Below are positions 11,803 through 23,441 of a stretch of DNA of 64,000 nt, piece by piece. Under the pieces are notes generated by a model. That model was not told the origin of the DNA, searched no databases, and saw only the letters and a list, made by a program, of their open reading frames with translations. Origin of the DNA: Lysobacteraceae bacterium (GTDB lineage Bacteria > Pseudomonadota > Gammaproteobacteria > Xanthomonadales > Xanthomonadaceae); assembly GCA_049296025.1 (NCBI GenBank), contig JBAQRU010000053.1, positions 2,088 through 66,087 on the forward strand. Reading direction: 5' to 3'. How positions within the stretch are numbered: the first letter of the stretch is position 1; every line of letters begins with the position of its first letter. Made by a program: the position numbers and the translations under genes.

Positions 11803-12360
11803 TTATTTCGCGGGCGTCTTCGCAGGTATCGGCCACAGCGAATAAACGAACGCGCCGAGCATATCGCCGGCACGTTTGTTCTTGTGGCAACCCAGGCATT
11901 CGCCACCCGCACGGATCGCACCGACCACACGCATACCGTTACCCTGCTTCTCGACGATCAGTCGCTGACCCGCATCGAGATCTCGGAGCGCCTGTTTCTC
12001 CCACGCCGTCATCCCGCGACTTGTCGTCCGTGGTGGCGGTGGCGTCTCCTTGTTCCGCTGATGAAAAATAAACATTTCATTCGAGAACACGCGCGGCGGA
12101 TTGTGCTTGGCAACACCAATCAATTCGAGTCTCGCGACGAACCAGCGCGAATCACCGACCGGGCGATGCATCACTCTCGACATTGCAGGCAACCTGGTCT
12201 GACCGAACCCTTCGCTGTCGATGAAAGCCAGCACGGAATCATCGTGCATCCGAAGCAGCTCGCGCGGCAGGCGTTCTCGCCCCACCGCAGACGACCAGCC
12301 GACGACGGCGGCGACCGCAGCCAGCACCACCAGCCCCACATGCAGTCCATTCATTCGCAT
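11803..12360 (-). CDS. Membrane-anchored hypothetical protein with a single CxxCH haem-c motif
   Basis: N-terminal TM segment. GGECLGCHKNK contains CxxCH near the C-terminus. Confidence 0.55.
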   Translation of the reverse strand: MRMNGLHVGLVVLAAVAAVVGWSSAVGRERLPRELLRMHDDSVLAFIDSEGFGQTRLPAMSRVMHRPVGDSRWFVARLELIGVAKHNPPRVFSNEMFIFHQRNKETPPPPRTTSRGMTAWEKQALRDLDAGQRLIVEKQGNGMRVVGAIRAGGECLGCHKNKRAGDMLGAFVYSLWPIPAKTPAK

Positions 12361-12421
12361 CGCTCGCCCCTTCGTTTATCGTCGTCGTGCTGGATACAAC
12401 GTAGCACATGGGCACAACCCT

Positions 12422-12682
12422 TCAAACCGGCGTCGGCGGCGACCCTGCATTCAGCGCAACAACCGCCCACGCCTCGAATGGCCAATCCAGTTCCGTACCA
12501 TCGACTTCATCCCGCAACACCGGCACCCGGCTTCCAAACCTCGCTTCAAGTATCTGGCTCTCATCGATGAAGACACTCTCGAAGGTCTCCAGCCGCGCCT
12601 CGGCCAGCACCGCCAGCGCCAGATCGCACAGATGGCAATCGTCGCGCTGGTAAAGAACGAAGCGGGGGGCGGAGGGAACCAT
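12422..12682 (-). CDS. Glutaredoxin-like small protein (DUF836 type)
   Basis: 86 aa. FVLYQRDDCHLCDLA...VPVL is a thioredoxin-fold CxxC pattern. Confidence 0.7.
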   Translation of the reverse strand: MVPSAPRFVLYQRDDCHLCDLALAVLAEARLETFESVFIDESQILEARFGSRVPVLRDEVDGTELDWPFEAWAVVALNAGSPPTPV

Positions 12683-12751
12683 ACGCTGGCGTCTCTACGG
12701 AGAGGGGAATGCGGCATAGAATACGGCCACCACACGAAAGGGGGGTTGCCC

Positions 12752-13024
12752 ATGTCGTACGCGCTCGTCAGCTATACCGTCCGTGATTACGCCCGCTGGC
12801 GCGCCGTATTCGATGATGACATCGTCGTACAACGTCACGCAGGGGTTTTCGTCCGCCACACGCTGCACGACGACAAGAACGAAACCCGGATCACGCTGGT
12901 CGCGCAGGTCAAGGACCGCCGCAGGGCCATCGAACTCTCATGCCGCAAGGATCTGTCCATGCTCATCGAAAAGGCCGGCCTGCTGCGCGACACCATCGAA
13001 TACAAGTGGCTTTGCGAGCGATAA
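12752..13024 (+). CDS. Small hypothetical protein (about 90 aa)
   Basis: ATG 12752 is preceded by GAAAGGGGGG. It lies in frame inside the longer track ORF and abuts the sdaA start. No family recognised. Confidence 0.45.
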   Translation: MSYALVSYTVRDYARWRAVFDDDIVVQRHAGVFVRHTLHDDKNETRITLVAQVKDRRRAIELSCRKDLSMLIEKAGLLRDTIEYKWLCER

Positions 13025-14407
13025 GTGGCCGTCAGCACCTTCGACCTCTTCAAGATCGGTATCGGCCCGAGCTCATCGCACACGGTCGGGCCGATGCGCG
13101 CGGCATGTCGCTTCGCGCATCGCTGGCTGGAAGAAAGCGATAACCTTGCCCGGACCTCTCGTGTGCGGGCCGAGGTTTTCGGCTCGCTCGCGCTCACCGG
13201 TCGCGGCCATGGCACCGACAAGGCGCTGTTGATGGGGCTCGAAGGCCATTGGCCGAACGTCATTGATCCGGACATCATTCCCGCTACGCTGGCGCGCATT
13301 CGCGGAGAAAAGAAAATCCGCCTGCTCGGCCGCCATGAGATCGCCTTCGACGAGAAGCACGACCTGATTCTGAACAAACGCCAGAAACTGCCGTTCCACA
13401 CCAACGGCATGCGCTTCACCGCCTACGATGCCGCAGGCACGGAAATCGCCACGCGGGACTATTACTCGGTCGGCGGCGGTTTCGTGGTCAATCAGGACGA
13501 AGCGGCCGAAGACCGGATCGTCGCGGACACCACCGAATTGCGACACCCGTTCGCCAGTGGCGCGGCGCTGCTGCAGCAGAGCCAATGCAGCGGGCTCAGC
13601 ATCGCCGCACTGATGTTCGACAACGAACGTCACTGGCGCAGCGACGACGAAATCCGCGATGGGTTACGGGACATCTGGAACGCGATGCAAGCCTGCGTGC
13701 AGCGCGGCATCCGCGAAACCGGAACCCTGCCCGGCGGCCTGCACGTCGTGCGTCGCGCACCGAGCCTGTACGCGGAACTGTCGTCGAAACCGGAAGCCGC
13801 GATGCGCGACCCGCTGACCGTTTTGGACTGGGTGAATCTCTACGCACTCGCGGTCAACGAGGAAAACGCCGCCGGCGGTCGGGTCGTCACTGCACCCACC
13901 AACGGGGCCGCCGGGATCATCCCCTCGGTATTGCATTATTACGACCGTTTCTGCGCAGGCGCGAACGAACAGGGCGTCTTCGATTTCCTGCTTACGGCAT
14001 CGGCCATCGGCATTCTCTACAAGGAAAACGCCTCGATCTCCGGCGCCGAAGTCGGCTGTCAGGGAGAAGTCGGCGTCGCTTGCTCGATGGCCGCCGCAGG
14101 CCTCACCGCCGCGCTCGGCGGCACCTCCGGGCAGATCGAAAATGCCGCCGAAATCGGCATGGAACACAACCTCGGCCTGACCTGCGACCCGATCGGCGGT
14201 CTCGTGCAGATTCCCTGCATCGAACGCAACGCGATGGGGGCGGTGAAAGCCATCAACGCCTCGCGCATGGCCCTGCGCGGCGACGGCGAACACAAGGTTT
14301 CGCTGGATAAAGTCATCAAGACCATGCGCGATACCGGCCGCGACATGCAGGACAAGTACAAGGAAACGTCGCGCGGCGGGCTGGCGGTGAATGTGATCGA
14401 ATGCTGA
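13025..14407 (+). CDS. sdaA: L-serine ammonia-lyase (L-serine dehydratase)
   Basis: N-terminus [24 protein letters not shown] and C-terminal [17 protein letters not shown] are SdaA signatures. Confidence 0.9.
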   Translation: MAVSTFDLFKIGIGPSSSHTVGPMRAACRFAHRWLEESDNLARTSRVRAEVFGSLALTGRGHGTDKALLMGLEGHWPNVIDPDIIPATLARIRGEKKIRLLGRHEIAFDEKHDLILNKRQKLPFHTNGMRFTAYDAAGTEIATRDYYSVGGGFVVNQDEAAEDRIVADTTELRHPFASGAALLQQSQCSGLSIAALMFDNERHWRSDDEIRDGLRDIWNAMQACVQRGIRETGTLPGGLHVVRRAPSLYAELSSKPEAAMRDPLTVLDWVNLYALAVNEENAAGGRVVTAPTNGAAGIIPSVLHYYDRFCAGANEQGVFDFLLTASAIGILYKENASISGAEVGCQGEVGVACSMAAAGLTAALGGTSGQIENAAEIGMEHNLGLTCDPIGGLVQIPCIERNAMGAVKAINASRMALRGDGEHKVSLDKVIKTMRDTGRDMQDKYKETSRGGLAVNVIEC

Positions 14408-14423
14408 TGTTCTTGTTGCCTGG

Positions 14424-15521
14424 TTATTCGCACGATGCGATTTCCAGCGCATCACCCAACAACGCTGCCGCCGTAATCTCAGCACCCGCGCCCGGCCCCT
14501 GGATCACCAGCGGATGTTCGCGATAGCGATCCGACCAGATCGCGACGCGATTGTCGGTACCTGCGCCGATGGCCAGCGGATGATCGTCGGGCAGTGATTC
14601 GAGGCCCACGCGCGCTTCGCCGTTTTCCAGTCGGGCGATGAAACGAAGTTTTTCTCCACGCTGGTGGGCGATGGCGAAGCCTTGACGCATCGGCGCGTCG
14701 AGCGACGGCAGAACGGCGTCGACATCAGCGGCGGCCGCTTCGGTCAAGTCCGGCGTCAGCATCGAGACGACAGTGGGATTGTCGCTATCCAGTTCATATC
14801 CCGCCGCGCGCGCAAGGATCAGCAATTTTCGGCGCACATCCTCGCCGCTGAGGTCGTCGCGCGGGTCGGGCTCGGTGTAGCCGGCATCGCGCGCCTGACG
14901 CACGAAACCCGAAAACGGCCGCCGCCCATCATAGTGATTGAACAGCCACGCCAGCGAACCCGACAGCACACCGGCGATGGCGTGGATGCGATCTCCACCG
15001 TTCTGCAGGGCGCGGATCGACTGCAGCAGAGGCAAACCAGCGCCGACTGTAGCGGAGTCGCCATAACGGGCACCTCCAGTCGCGCAGGCGTCGCGAATGC
15101 CTTTCCAGCGCGCAAGCGAAGCGCCCTGCCCCAGCTTGCATGCGGTGACCACATGAATGCCCTGCTCCAGCCAGCGTGCGTGGCGCTCGGCGACGGCTTC
15201 GCTGGCCGTGGCGTCGATGATGATCCGCGTGCCGCGATCGCCCAGCGCCGGCGTGATTGCCTGCAGCGATGTGGCGACGTCAAACGCGTTTGCCTCGCGG
15301 GAATTCGCGCGCCGAACCGCATCCGCGAACGAAGTCGGCTGAAATCCGTATCGCGAATTGGCCGCATAGCGCAGCGACAATCGCTCACCGAATGTCGTGC
15401 CTTCCCACCCTGCCAGTCGCGCGAGGACCGCTTTGCCCACCACGCCCGTTCCGAGCAGCGCGATCCGCGCAGGGGCCGATCGCGACGGGACGGGCTTGCG
15501 CGTCGCGGCGACAGCATTCAT
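14424..15521 (-). CDS. hom: Homoserine dehydrogenase-like protein
   Basis: Rossmann motif IALLGTGVVGKAV. Last gene of the metX-metB operon, with overlapping start/stop. Confidence 0.75.
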   Translation of the reverse strand: MNAVAATRKPVPSRSAPARIALLGTGVVGKAVLARLAGWEGTTFGERLSLRYAANSRYGFQPTSFADAVRRANSREANAFDVATSLQAITPALGDRGTRIIIDATASEAVAERHARWLEQGIHVVTACKLGQGASLARWKGIRDACATGGARYGDSATVGAGLPLLQSIRALQNGGDRIHAIAGVLSGSLAWLFNHYDGRRPFSGFVRQARDAGYTEPDPRDDLSGEDVRRKLLILARAAGYELDSDNPTVVSMLTPDLTEAAAADVDAVLPSLDAPMRQGFAIAHQRGEKLRFIARLENGEARVGLESLPDDHPLAIGAGTDNRVAIWSDRYREHPLVIQGPGAGAEITAAALLGDALEIASCE

Positions 15522-16750
15522 ATCACGGCTTGTTTCGGCTGCGTTTTACCAGTCTCGACGGCATCGAGTGCACGATCCAGCGCTGCCGCGATGTCGGCAA
15601 CGAGATCATCGGCGTGTTCGATGCCCACCGACAACCGCAGCAATCCGTCGCCGATGCCCGCCGCCGCACGCGCTTCGGCGGTCATCGCCGCGTGGGTCAT
15701 GGTCGCCGGGTGCGCGATCAGGCTTTCCACGCCGCCGAGCGATTCGGCGAGCGTGAAATAGTCGAGACCCTCGATGAATGCGCGCACCGCTGCCTCGCCG
15801 CCTTCGAGTTCCAGACTCAGCATCGCGCCGAAGCCGTACTGCTGGCGCGCGGCCACCGCATGCCCGGGATGCGATGCGAGGCCCGGGTAATGCAGGCGAC
15901 GCACCGCAGGATGATCGTTCAGCAGTTCGACCAGCGCAGCGGTGTTTTCCTGATGCACGCGCAGGCGTGCATCAAGCGTGCGCAGGCCGCGCAGCGTGAG
16001 GAAGCTGTCGAACGGCGCGCCGGTGATGCCCAGCGCATTCGCCCACCACACCAACCGCGTGTGCTGCTCCGCGTCTTTCGCGATCACCGCGCCGCCGACC
16101 ACATCGCTGTGTCCGTTGATGTACTTGGTCGTCGAATGCACGACGAAATCCGCACCGAACGCGATCGGTGTCTGCAGCGCGGGCGAGAGGAAGGTGTTGT
16201 CGACCACCGCCAGCGCGCCGACCGCATGCGCGGCTTCGATCACGAAGCGCAGATCGGTGATGCGCAGCAGCGGATTCGACGGCGTTTCGATCCACACCAC
16301 CGCCGGTTTCGTCGCCAACGCTTCCGCCAGCGCACGCGGATCGGTGAAGTCGATGGTCTGCAGTTCGAACGCGCCCTTGTTCGCAAGCGCGTTGAACAGC
16401 CGCCAGCTGCCGCCATAGGCATCGTGCGGCACCACCAGGCGCTGGCCCGGCTTCAGCAGCGCGTGCAGCAGCAGCGTGATCGCCGACATGCCGGTGGACG
16501 TGACCACCGCGCCTGCGCCGCCTTCCAGTTCCGCCAGCGCTTCGGCCAGCAGGTCGCGGGTCGGGTTGCCGCTGCGGGTGTAGTCGTACTGCCGCTTTTC
16601 GCCGAAGCCGGCGAAGCTGAAATTCGACGACAGCACCAGCGGCGGCGTGACCGCACCGAACGCGGTGTCGCGGTCGATGCCGGCGCGCACCGCATGGGTC
16701 GAAGCGCGCGCGGGGCGGCGCTGCGGTTGATCGATCGTGCCCGCGCTCAT
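15518..16750 (-). CDS. metB: Cys/Met-metabolism PLP enzyme (cystathionine gamma-synthase / O-succinylhomoserine lyase)
   Basis: YTRSGNPTR, VVHSTTKYINGHSDV (PLP lysine) and AESLGGVESL motifs. Confidence 0.85.
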   Translation of the reverse strand: MSAGTIDQPQRRPARASTHAVRAGIDRDTAFGAVTPPLVLSSNFSFAGFGEKRQYDYTRSGNPTRDLLAEALAELEGGAGAVVTSTGMSAITLLLHALLKPGQRLVVPHDAYGGSWRLFNALANKGAFELQTIDFTDPRALAEALATKPAVVWIETPSNPLLRITDLRFVIEAAHAVGALAVVDNTFLSPALQTPIAFGADFVVHSTTKYINGHSDVVGGAVIAKDAEQHTRLVWWANALGITGAPFDSFLTLRGLRTLDARLRVHQENTAALVELLNDHPAVRRLHYPGLASHPGHAVAARQQYGFGAMLSLELEGGEAAVRAFIEGLDYFTLAESLGGVESLIAHPATMTHAAMTAEARAAAGIGDGLLRLSVGIEHADDLVADIAAALDRALDAVETGKTQPKQAVI

Positions 16751-17784
16751 GCCGCACCTCCGCAGACGCCATGCAGCACGTGTTCGAGGATGTTGCCGAT
16801 CTCTCGGGTTTCGGTGAGGAAGGCGTCGTGACCGAATTTGGAACGCAGCACGCGGATCTCGCTACGCGGCAGCGCTTCGGCCAGCGCGAACAGATCTTCC
16901 AGCGGCACCAGCCGGTCTTCGGCGATGGCGACGACGGTCGTCGGTACCGGCACGGTGCGCGGATCGATGGCATGCAGATCGATGGATTCGGACAGCCGCA
17001 GGAATGCGGTCGGCGACGTGCGCGCGACCCAGGTCGCGGCGCAGTGTTCGAGATAATCTTCCGCCGCCACACGCACGCGGCCATTCGACACTGTCGGCGC
17101 ATCGGCGAAGCGTTCGGCGAATTCTTCCGGGGTGCGGTAGCTCAGCATCGCCAGTTGCCGCGCCAGTGCGAGTCCCTGCGACTCGTCGCACTGCAGCTGA
17201 CCCAGCGCCACCGCCTGACGCTGCAGCGCGCGCCACGCGCTGGCGTACGGATGCGAACGATGCGCGCCGCTGATCGCGACCAGCTTGCCCACGCGCCGGG
17301 GATGACGTGCGGAGAAATGCAGGCCGACCATCGCGCCGTAGGAACTGCCAAAGAATGCGACGAGCTTCTCGATGCCCAGCGCGTCGAGCACCGCCGCGAT
17401 CGCATCGGCCTGATCGGCACTGTCGACCGGCACATCGAGCTGACCGTCGGCACCGAGCCAATCGATCGCGAGCAGCCGCACCCGCGTGGTATCGAGACCC
17501 ACGCCGCTCTGCGTTTGCCACCAGCCGGCTTCGGGAAAGGCATCGCTGGCGACGACGTGGCGGTGCGCGGAAATGCCGCCTGCGGCCAACACGACCGGCG
17601 CGTCGGCTGGGCCGACGAGCTCGTAGGCGATCTCCAGGGTACGCACGCCAGCATGCCGAAGCGCCAGAGTCGTGCGCACGCGTCCACGAATCGCGGCCGG
17701 GGCATCGGTGAAGGATGGCTGGAAGCACTCGGGCGACGGCCGGCACGCGGGGGTGCGGGGTTCCGGGTAAGCAGCGAGGGTCAT
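16747..17784 (-). CDS. metX: Homoserine O-acyltransferase (MetX family alpha/beta hydrolase)
   Basis: FFGSSYGAMVGL nucleophile elbow and FGHDAFL C-terminal motif. It overlaps the metB start. Confidence 0.85.
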   Translation of the reverse strand: MTLAAYPEPRTPACRPSPECFQPSFTDAPAAIRGRVRTTLALRHAGVRTLEIAYELVGPADAPVVLAAGGISAHRHVVASDAFPEAGWWQTQSGVGLDTTRVRLLAIDWLGADGQLDVPVDSADQADAIAAVLDALGIEKLVAFFGSSYGAMVGLHFSARHPRRVGKLVAISGAHRSHPYASAWRALQRQAVALGQLQCDESQGLALARQLAMLSYRTPEEFAERFADAPTVSNGRVRVAAEDYLEHCAATWVARTSPTAFLRLSESIDLHAIDPRTVPVPTTVVAIAEDRLVPLEDLFALAEALPRSEIRVLRSKFGHDAFLTETREIGNILEHVLHGVCGGAA

Positions 17785-18006
17785 GGCGGTCTCCGGGGCG
17801 ATGGGGCCATCGAAGCCGCGGGGAGACCGGAGGGAAGCTGCTGCGCACGGATGACGAGGACACGACCGCGACGCGCAACCATCTTCACGGCGGACACAGG
17901 GTCCCCGCAGGAGTTGGCACCTTGTGGAAGCCTCGCGTTGGCGATGCCTCCATCAGGTTGCCCCGGCGTCTTCGGGCCTGTCCCTCAGCCGGTCTTGATG
18001 GATGGC
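17785..18006 (-). promoter_or_regulatory. SAM-I (S-box) riboswitch leader of metX-metB-hom (aptamer about 17879-18006, SD-sequestering platform 17787-17830)
   Basis: The minus-strand RNA reads CCAUCCAUCAAGACCGGCUGAGGGACAGGCCCGAAGACGCCGGGGCAACC...GGUGCCAACUCCUGC...GUGAAGAUGG. This matches the conserved S-box core. Downstream, CGGUCUCC can pair with GGAGACCG, which contains the metX Shine-Dalgarno. Confidence 0.8.
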
Positions 18007-18114
18007 CGCAGCTTGCCCGAGGTTTTCCGGCATGTCAATCGCTTCATGCGGATGAAGCGATGACTTTGGTCGCACCCTGTTCGCGACCCTCCTGATTCGG
18101 CGATACTTTGAGCG

Positions 18115-19194
18115 ATGCAGATGTCACATTTCCGGCCGCTGGCCGCCTTGACCCTCCTCTTCATGACCACCGCCTGCGCGGCCCAGGCCGCTGCGCCGCA
18201 CCCGGCGTCGAAGGTGGTCGCTGAAGCCTATGTGTCGCCCGCAGCGTCGGGCGAAGAGTTCGACTCCCTCGCCACCTGGCGACATCCCGACGGCACGACC
18301 TGGCTGATCGCGACCGCGAAATCCAGTCATCGCCTGGTGGTCTTCGACGCCGACACCGGCACGCGCCTGCGCGAGATCGGCGGCAAAGGCTCGGAACCCG
18401 GCCAGTTCAAGCGACCGAACGGCATCGCCGTTCTCGGCGACCGGCTGTTCGTGGCCGAGCGCGACAACCACCGCGTGCAGGGATTCTCGCTGCCGGATTT
18501 CCGCCCGCTCGGCAGTTTCGGACAGAACGAACTGCGCTCGCCCTACGGCCTGTGGCTGAATCCAACCGCCCGGGACGCCGTCGATGTCTACGTCACCGAC
18601 AACTTCATGGAAGGGCCGCGATACGAAGTGGTACCGCCGCTGGAGCAGCTCGACCAGCGCGTGCGCCGCTACCGGCTCCGCTTCGATGCGACCGGCGCGT
18701 TGACCGCCGAGGCCCTCGGCAGCTTCGGCGACACCGGCGAAGCGACCGCGCTGCGGATCGTCGAATCGCTCGCAGGCGACGCACGACGCAGAATGCTGCT
18801 GATCGCCGACGAGGACACCCGGCGCGAATCGACACTGCGCGAGTACGACCAGAACGGAAAATCCACCGGACGCAGCGTGCCACCGGCGAGTTTCGCAGCC
18901 GAAGCCGAAGGCGTGGCACTCTGGGCCTGCGGTCGCAGGCACGGCTATTGGATCGCGGTGGATCAGTTGCCGGCCTTGACCGTGTTCCATCTGTTCGACC
19001 GCGCAACGCTCGCCATGCGCGGCAGCTTCACTGGCGCCACCGTCGCCGCGACCGACGGCATCAGTCTGCGCACGACGCCAAGCCATCGCTTTCCCAACGG
19101 CGCGCTGTTCGCGGTGCATCGCGACAAGTCGGTTGCGGCGTTCGACCTGCGCGATATCGTCGCGACACTGAAGCTCGACCGCAGCTGTCTCTAG
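18115..19194 (+). CDS. Secreted beta-propeller protein, phytase-like/NHL-repeat
   Basis: Signal peptide. NHL-type GSEPGQFKRPNGIAVLGDRLFVAERDNHRVQGF and phytase-like AEAEGVALWACGRRHGYWIAVDQ. Confidence 0.6.
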   Translation: MQMSHFRPLAALTLLFMTTACAAQAAAPHPASKVVAEAYVSPAASGEEFDSLATWRHPDGTTWLIATAKSSHRLVVFDADTGTRLREIGGKGSEPGQFKRPNGIAVLGDRLFVAERDNHRVQGFSLPDFRPLGSFGQNELRSPYGLWLNPTARDAVDVYVTDNFMEGPRYEVVPPLEQLDQRVRRYRLRFDATGALTAEALGSFGDTGEATALRIVESLAGDARRRMLLIADEDTRRESTLREYDQNGKSTGRSVPPASFAAEAEGVALWACGRRHGYWIAVDQLPALTVFHLFDRATLAMRGSFTGATVAATDGISLRTTPSHRFPNGALFAVHRDKSVAAFDLRDIVATLKLDRSCL

Positions 19195-19198
19195 CGCT

Positions 19199-20101
19199 AT
19201 GCGAACACGTGGTTGGATGTTGTTGCTGCTGGTGATCTGCTGCATGGGCGCGGCGCAGGCCGGCGATCTGTTCCGGTGGAAGGAACGCAAGAACGGGCAG
19301 CGCGACGCTGACCGTGCGCCGGAACATGTCCTTCCGCAGCCGCCGTCGGAAACGCGCGGACCGCTGATTCGCGAGCGCGAACCTGTCGCGCGGATGCGCT
19401 TCGAACGACGCGCCGATGCCATCGAAGTCTGGGTCGACAACAACCTCGCAGGGCCGATCGAAGTGCTGCTGCGCCCACAGCACAGCACGATCGCGAGCGC
19501 CAACCCGCCGCTGCCCGCGCGCGCCGTGGTTGCCGCACTGCAGCGGACGCTGGTCACGCGCCTGGGGCCCAAGACCACGGCCGAGCTGTGGTTGGATGTG
19601 ACCCCGGGCTCCCCCAACGCGCAGCCGAAGGATGTCGAATACGGGTATCCGCTTCGCAGCCCCGAACTGCAGGTCGAACAGGGCTGGGGCGGCGTCTACA
19701 GCCACAGCGACGACCAGAACCGTCACGCCGTGGATTTCGCCGCCGAGATCGGCACCCCGGTGCTTGCCGCCCGCGCGGGCACGGTGATGGAGGTCGAAAG
19801 CGATTTCGCGCGTGCCGGACTCGATACCGAGCAATACGCGCGCAGCGCGAACTTCGTGCGCATCGTCCATGACGACGGCACGATGGCGCTGTATGCGCAT
19901 CTCCAGCAGGACGGTGTGCTCGTGCGCGCAGGCCAGCACGTCCGCAAGGCCGAAGTGATCGGGCTGTCGGGCAACACCGGCTTCACCACGGGCCCGCACC
20001 TGCATTTCGCGGTGCAGGCGAACCGCGGCATGAAGCTCGAATCGATTCCGTTCCGGATGTTCGGGCCGCAGGGCATCCTGCGCTTCACCGAACCCCGATA
20101 G
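19199..20101 (+). CDS. M23-family metallopeptidase
   Basis: HAVDFAAEIGTPVLAARAGTV ... GNTGFTTGPHLHFAV (HxxxD and HxH motifs). Confidence 0.85.
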   Translation: MRTRGWMLLLLVICCMGAAQAGDLFRWKERKNGQRDADRAPEHVLPQPPSETRGPLIREREPVARMRFERRADAIEVWVDNNLAGPIEVLLRPQHSTIASANPPLPARAVVAALQRTLVTRLGPKTTAELWLDVTPGSPNAQPKDVEYGYPLRSPELQVEQGWGGVYSHSDDQNRHAVDFAAEIGTPVLAARAGTVMEVESDFARAGLDTEQYARSANFVRIVHDDGTMALYAHLQQDGVLVRAGQHVRKAEVIGLSGNTGFTTGPHLHFAVQANRGMKLESIPFRMFGPQGILRFTEPR

Positions 20102-20195
20102 CGTGCGCCTTGGCGCACCGATGCTTTTGATTCGCCGATTCAAAGCCGCCTATTCAAAGCACGCCGATTCAAAGCACGATGCGCCAAGGCGCATC

Positions 20196-20753
20196 CTATC
20201 GACGATGCTGCATCCACACCGGCTTGAGCCTTGCGATGCGCTTGTGCGCCGGGCAATCCTCGCGATGCGCACCGGGCAGATAGCCGAGACTCATCAGGAA
20301 CTCGCCGACGATTTCGCCGCCGGTGAAGCGGAAGCTTTTCTTGAACAGCTTCACCCATGCCGGCTTGTCGCGCAGCGCGCCGTCCAGCAACGCGTGCGCG
20401 TCCAGCCAGTCCGCGAAGCCGCCGTGCGAATCGCGCAATGCTCGAATCATCTGCGCGTTGTGGATCGCGGCGTCGACCTTGAGCCGGTTGCGAATAATCC
20501 CGGGATCGGCGAGCAATCGCGTACGTTCGGCCTCTCCGTAGGCCGCGACGATGTCCACATCGAAACCGTCGTAGGCGCGGCGGAAGCCATCGCGCTTCTT
20601 GAGTATGGTTTCCCAGCTCAGGCCCGCCTGATTGATCTCCAGGATCAGCCGCTCGAACAGCGCCGACTCGTCGCGGGTCGGTACGCCGTACTCGTGGTCG
20701 TGGTAAGGCCCGTGGACGGGATGGCCGGGAGCGAAATCGCAGTAGGTCGACAT
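20196..20753 (-). CDS. tag: DNA-3-methyladenine glycosylase I
   Basis: [38 protein letters not shown] is the Tag signature. Confidence 0.9.
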   Translation of the reverse strand: MSTYCDFAPGHPVHGPYHDHEYGVPTRDESALFERLILEINQAGLSWETILKKRDGFRRAYDGFDVDIVAAYGEAERTRLLADPGIIRNRLKVDAAIHNAQMIRALRDSHGGFADWLDAHALLDGALRDKPAWVKLFKKSFRFTGGEIVGEFLMSLGYLPGAHREDCPAHKRIARLKPVWMQHRR

Positions 20754-20859
20754 GCCGCCAAGGATAGCGCGCCCGCCTGCCAGGGCCTGTCAGCAGGCCG
20801 CCGCACGTATAATTCGCCGCTCCTCAGCCGCGTTCCGGCGCCCAGGCGCCGATCTCCCC

Positions 20860-22464
<1,605 letters not shown>

Positions 22465-22536
22465 GTTCCTCCGGCGCCGGGCGCCACCCTCTCCCGTACG
22501 CGGGAGAGGAAAATCGAAGGCTTCTGGTCTGCAACC

Positions 22537-23061
22537 ATGCTCGACACGATCCGCCAGTGGTGGCACTACCTGCTGAGCAAGCGCAGCGAAGTCGCGCAGA
22601 TGGACTACAAGGATGCGTACATGGCGAAAGTGGTCATGGACATCCATCGCAAGCGCACCGGCAAACGGCTGGCGCTGGTACCGCTGGCGCTGCTCGACCC
22701 GATCCATCGCATCGACCGCGACTCCGCGCTGCGCAGCACCCGCGAGCGTGCCGAGGCGCTGCGTGCGCATCGCGACGCGCTGCTGGAGACGACACTGCTC
22801 GACAGCGAGGCGCTGCAAACCATCATCCCGTCGGTGTCGCAGATCAAGGTGGTGCGCGACGGCGACCGCTGGCTGGCATTCGAGGGCAACGGCCGCCTGT
22901 ACGCGATGCGCGAGGTATTCACGACCGACGACGGCATGCGGGTGGAGGTCGAGGAATATATCTTCGACGATCCGCGCAGCATCCAGCGCAGGCTGCGCCG
23001 GGTACGCAAACTCAACCGGCTCCGGGCGCTTCCCGACAGCTCCCCCGATCCGTTAACCTAA
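22537..23061 (+). CDS. Hypothetical protein, possibly ParB/sulfiredoxin-like fold
   Basis: 174-aa ORF. LVPLALLDP... and IKVVRDGDRWLAFEGNGRLYA loosely resemble the ParB N-terminal domain (weak, from memory). Confidence 0.45.
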   Translation: MLDTIRQWWHYLLSKRSEVAQMDYKDAYMAKVVMDIHRKRTGKRLALVPLALLDPIHRIDRDSALRSTRERAEALRAHRDALLETTLLDSEALQTIIPSVSQIKVVRDGDRWLAFEGNGRLYAMREVFTTDDGMRVEVEEYIFDDPRSIQRRLRRVRKLNRLRALPDSSPDPLT

Positions 23062-23101
23062 ACGGGCCCCGCAACGGGGCGAACAATTATGGGGAGAGTC
23101 C

Positions 23102-23353
23102 ATGTATTTCCTTGGGTCAATTCTTGCCTTGGTCGGCGCTATCTGGATGACCGTCAATGCCGCCAAGAAGGACGGCGCGCTCGCAGCGATCCTATGCTTC
23201 ATCTGCGGGTTCTACACGATCTACTACGGCATCAAGAACTTCGCCGAGAACAAGATCCCGTTCATCCTGTTCCTTGCCGGCATCGCGATCGCTGTGATCT
23301 TCAATCCCGGCATGTCGGCCATGTCGGCAGCCACGCCCGTCACCAGCGGCTGA
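23102..23353 (+). CDS. Small membrane protein (about 83 aa, three hydrophobic segments)
   Basis: Hydrophobic ORF, preceded by GGGGAGAG and followed by a strong terminator. Confidence 0.5.
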   Translation: MYFLGSILALVGAIWMTVNAAKKDGALAAILCFICGFYTIYYGIKNFAENKIPFILFLAGIAIAVIFNPGMSAMSAATPVTSG

Positions 23354-23394
23354 TGCCCCGCTCGACGCCGTGAGCGTGTCGGCATCGCGATATC

Positions 23395-23426
23395 GAAACA
23401 TCCGGCATGGCCGGATGTTTCTTTTT
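23395..23426 (+). terminator. Rho-independent terminator
   Basis: GAAACATCCGGC-ATG-GCCGGATGTTTC followed by TTTTT. Confidence 0.6.
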
Positions 23427-23441
23427 GCGCCTGCTGAAGCC

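Noticed and set aside
22487-22508. The hairpin CCTCTCCCG-TA-CGGGAGAGG after prfC as a functional terminator.
   Set aside because: The stem is perfect, but no T-tract follows it. It resembles a common GC-rich REP-type palindrome, so I did not call it as a feature.
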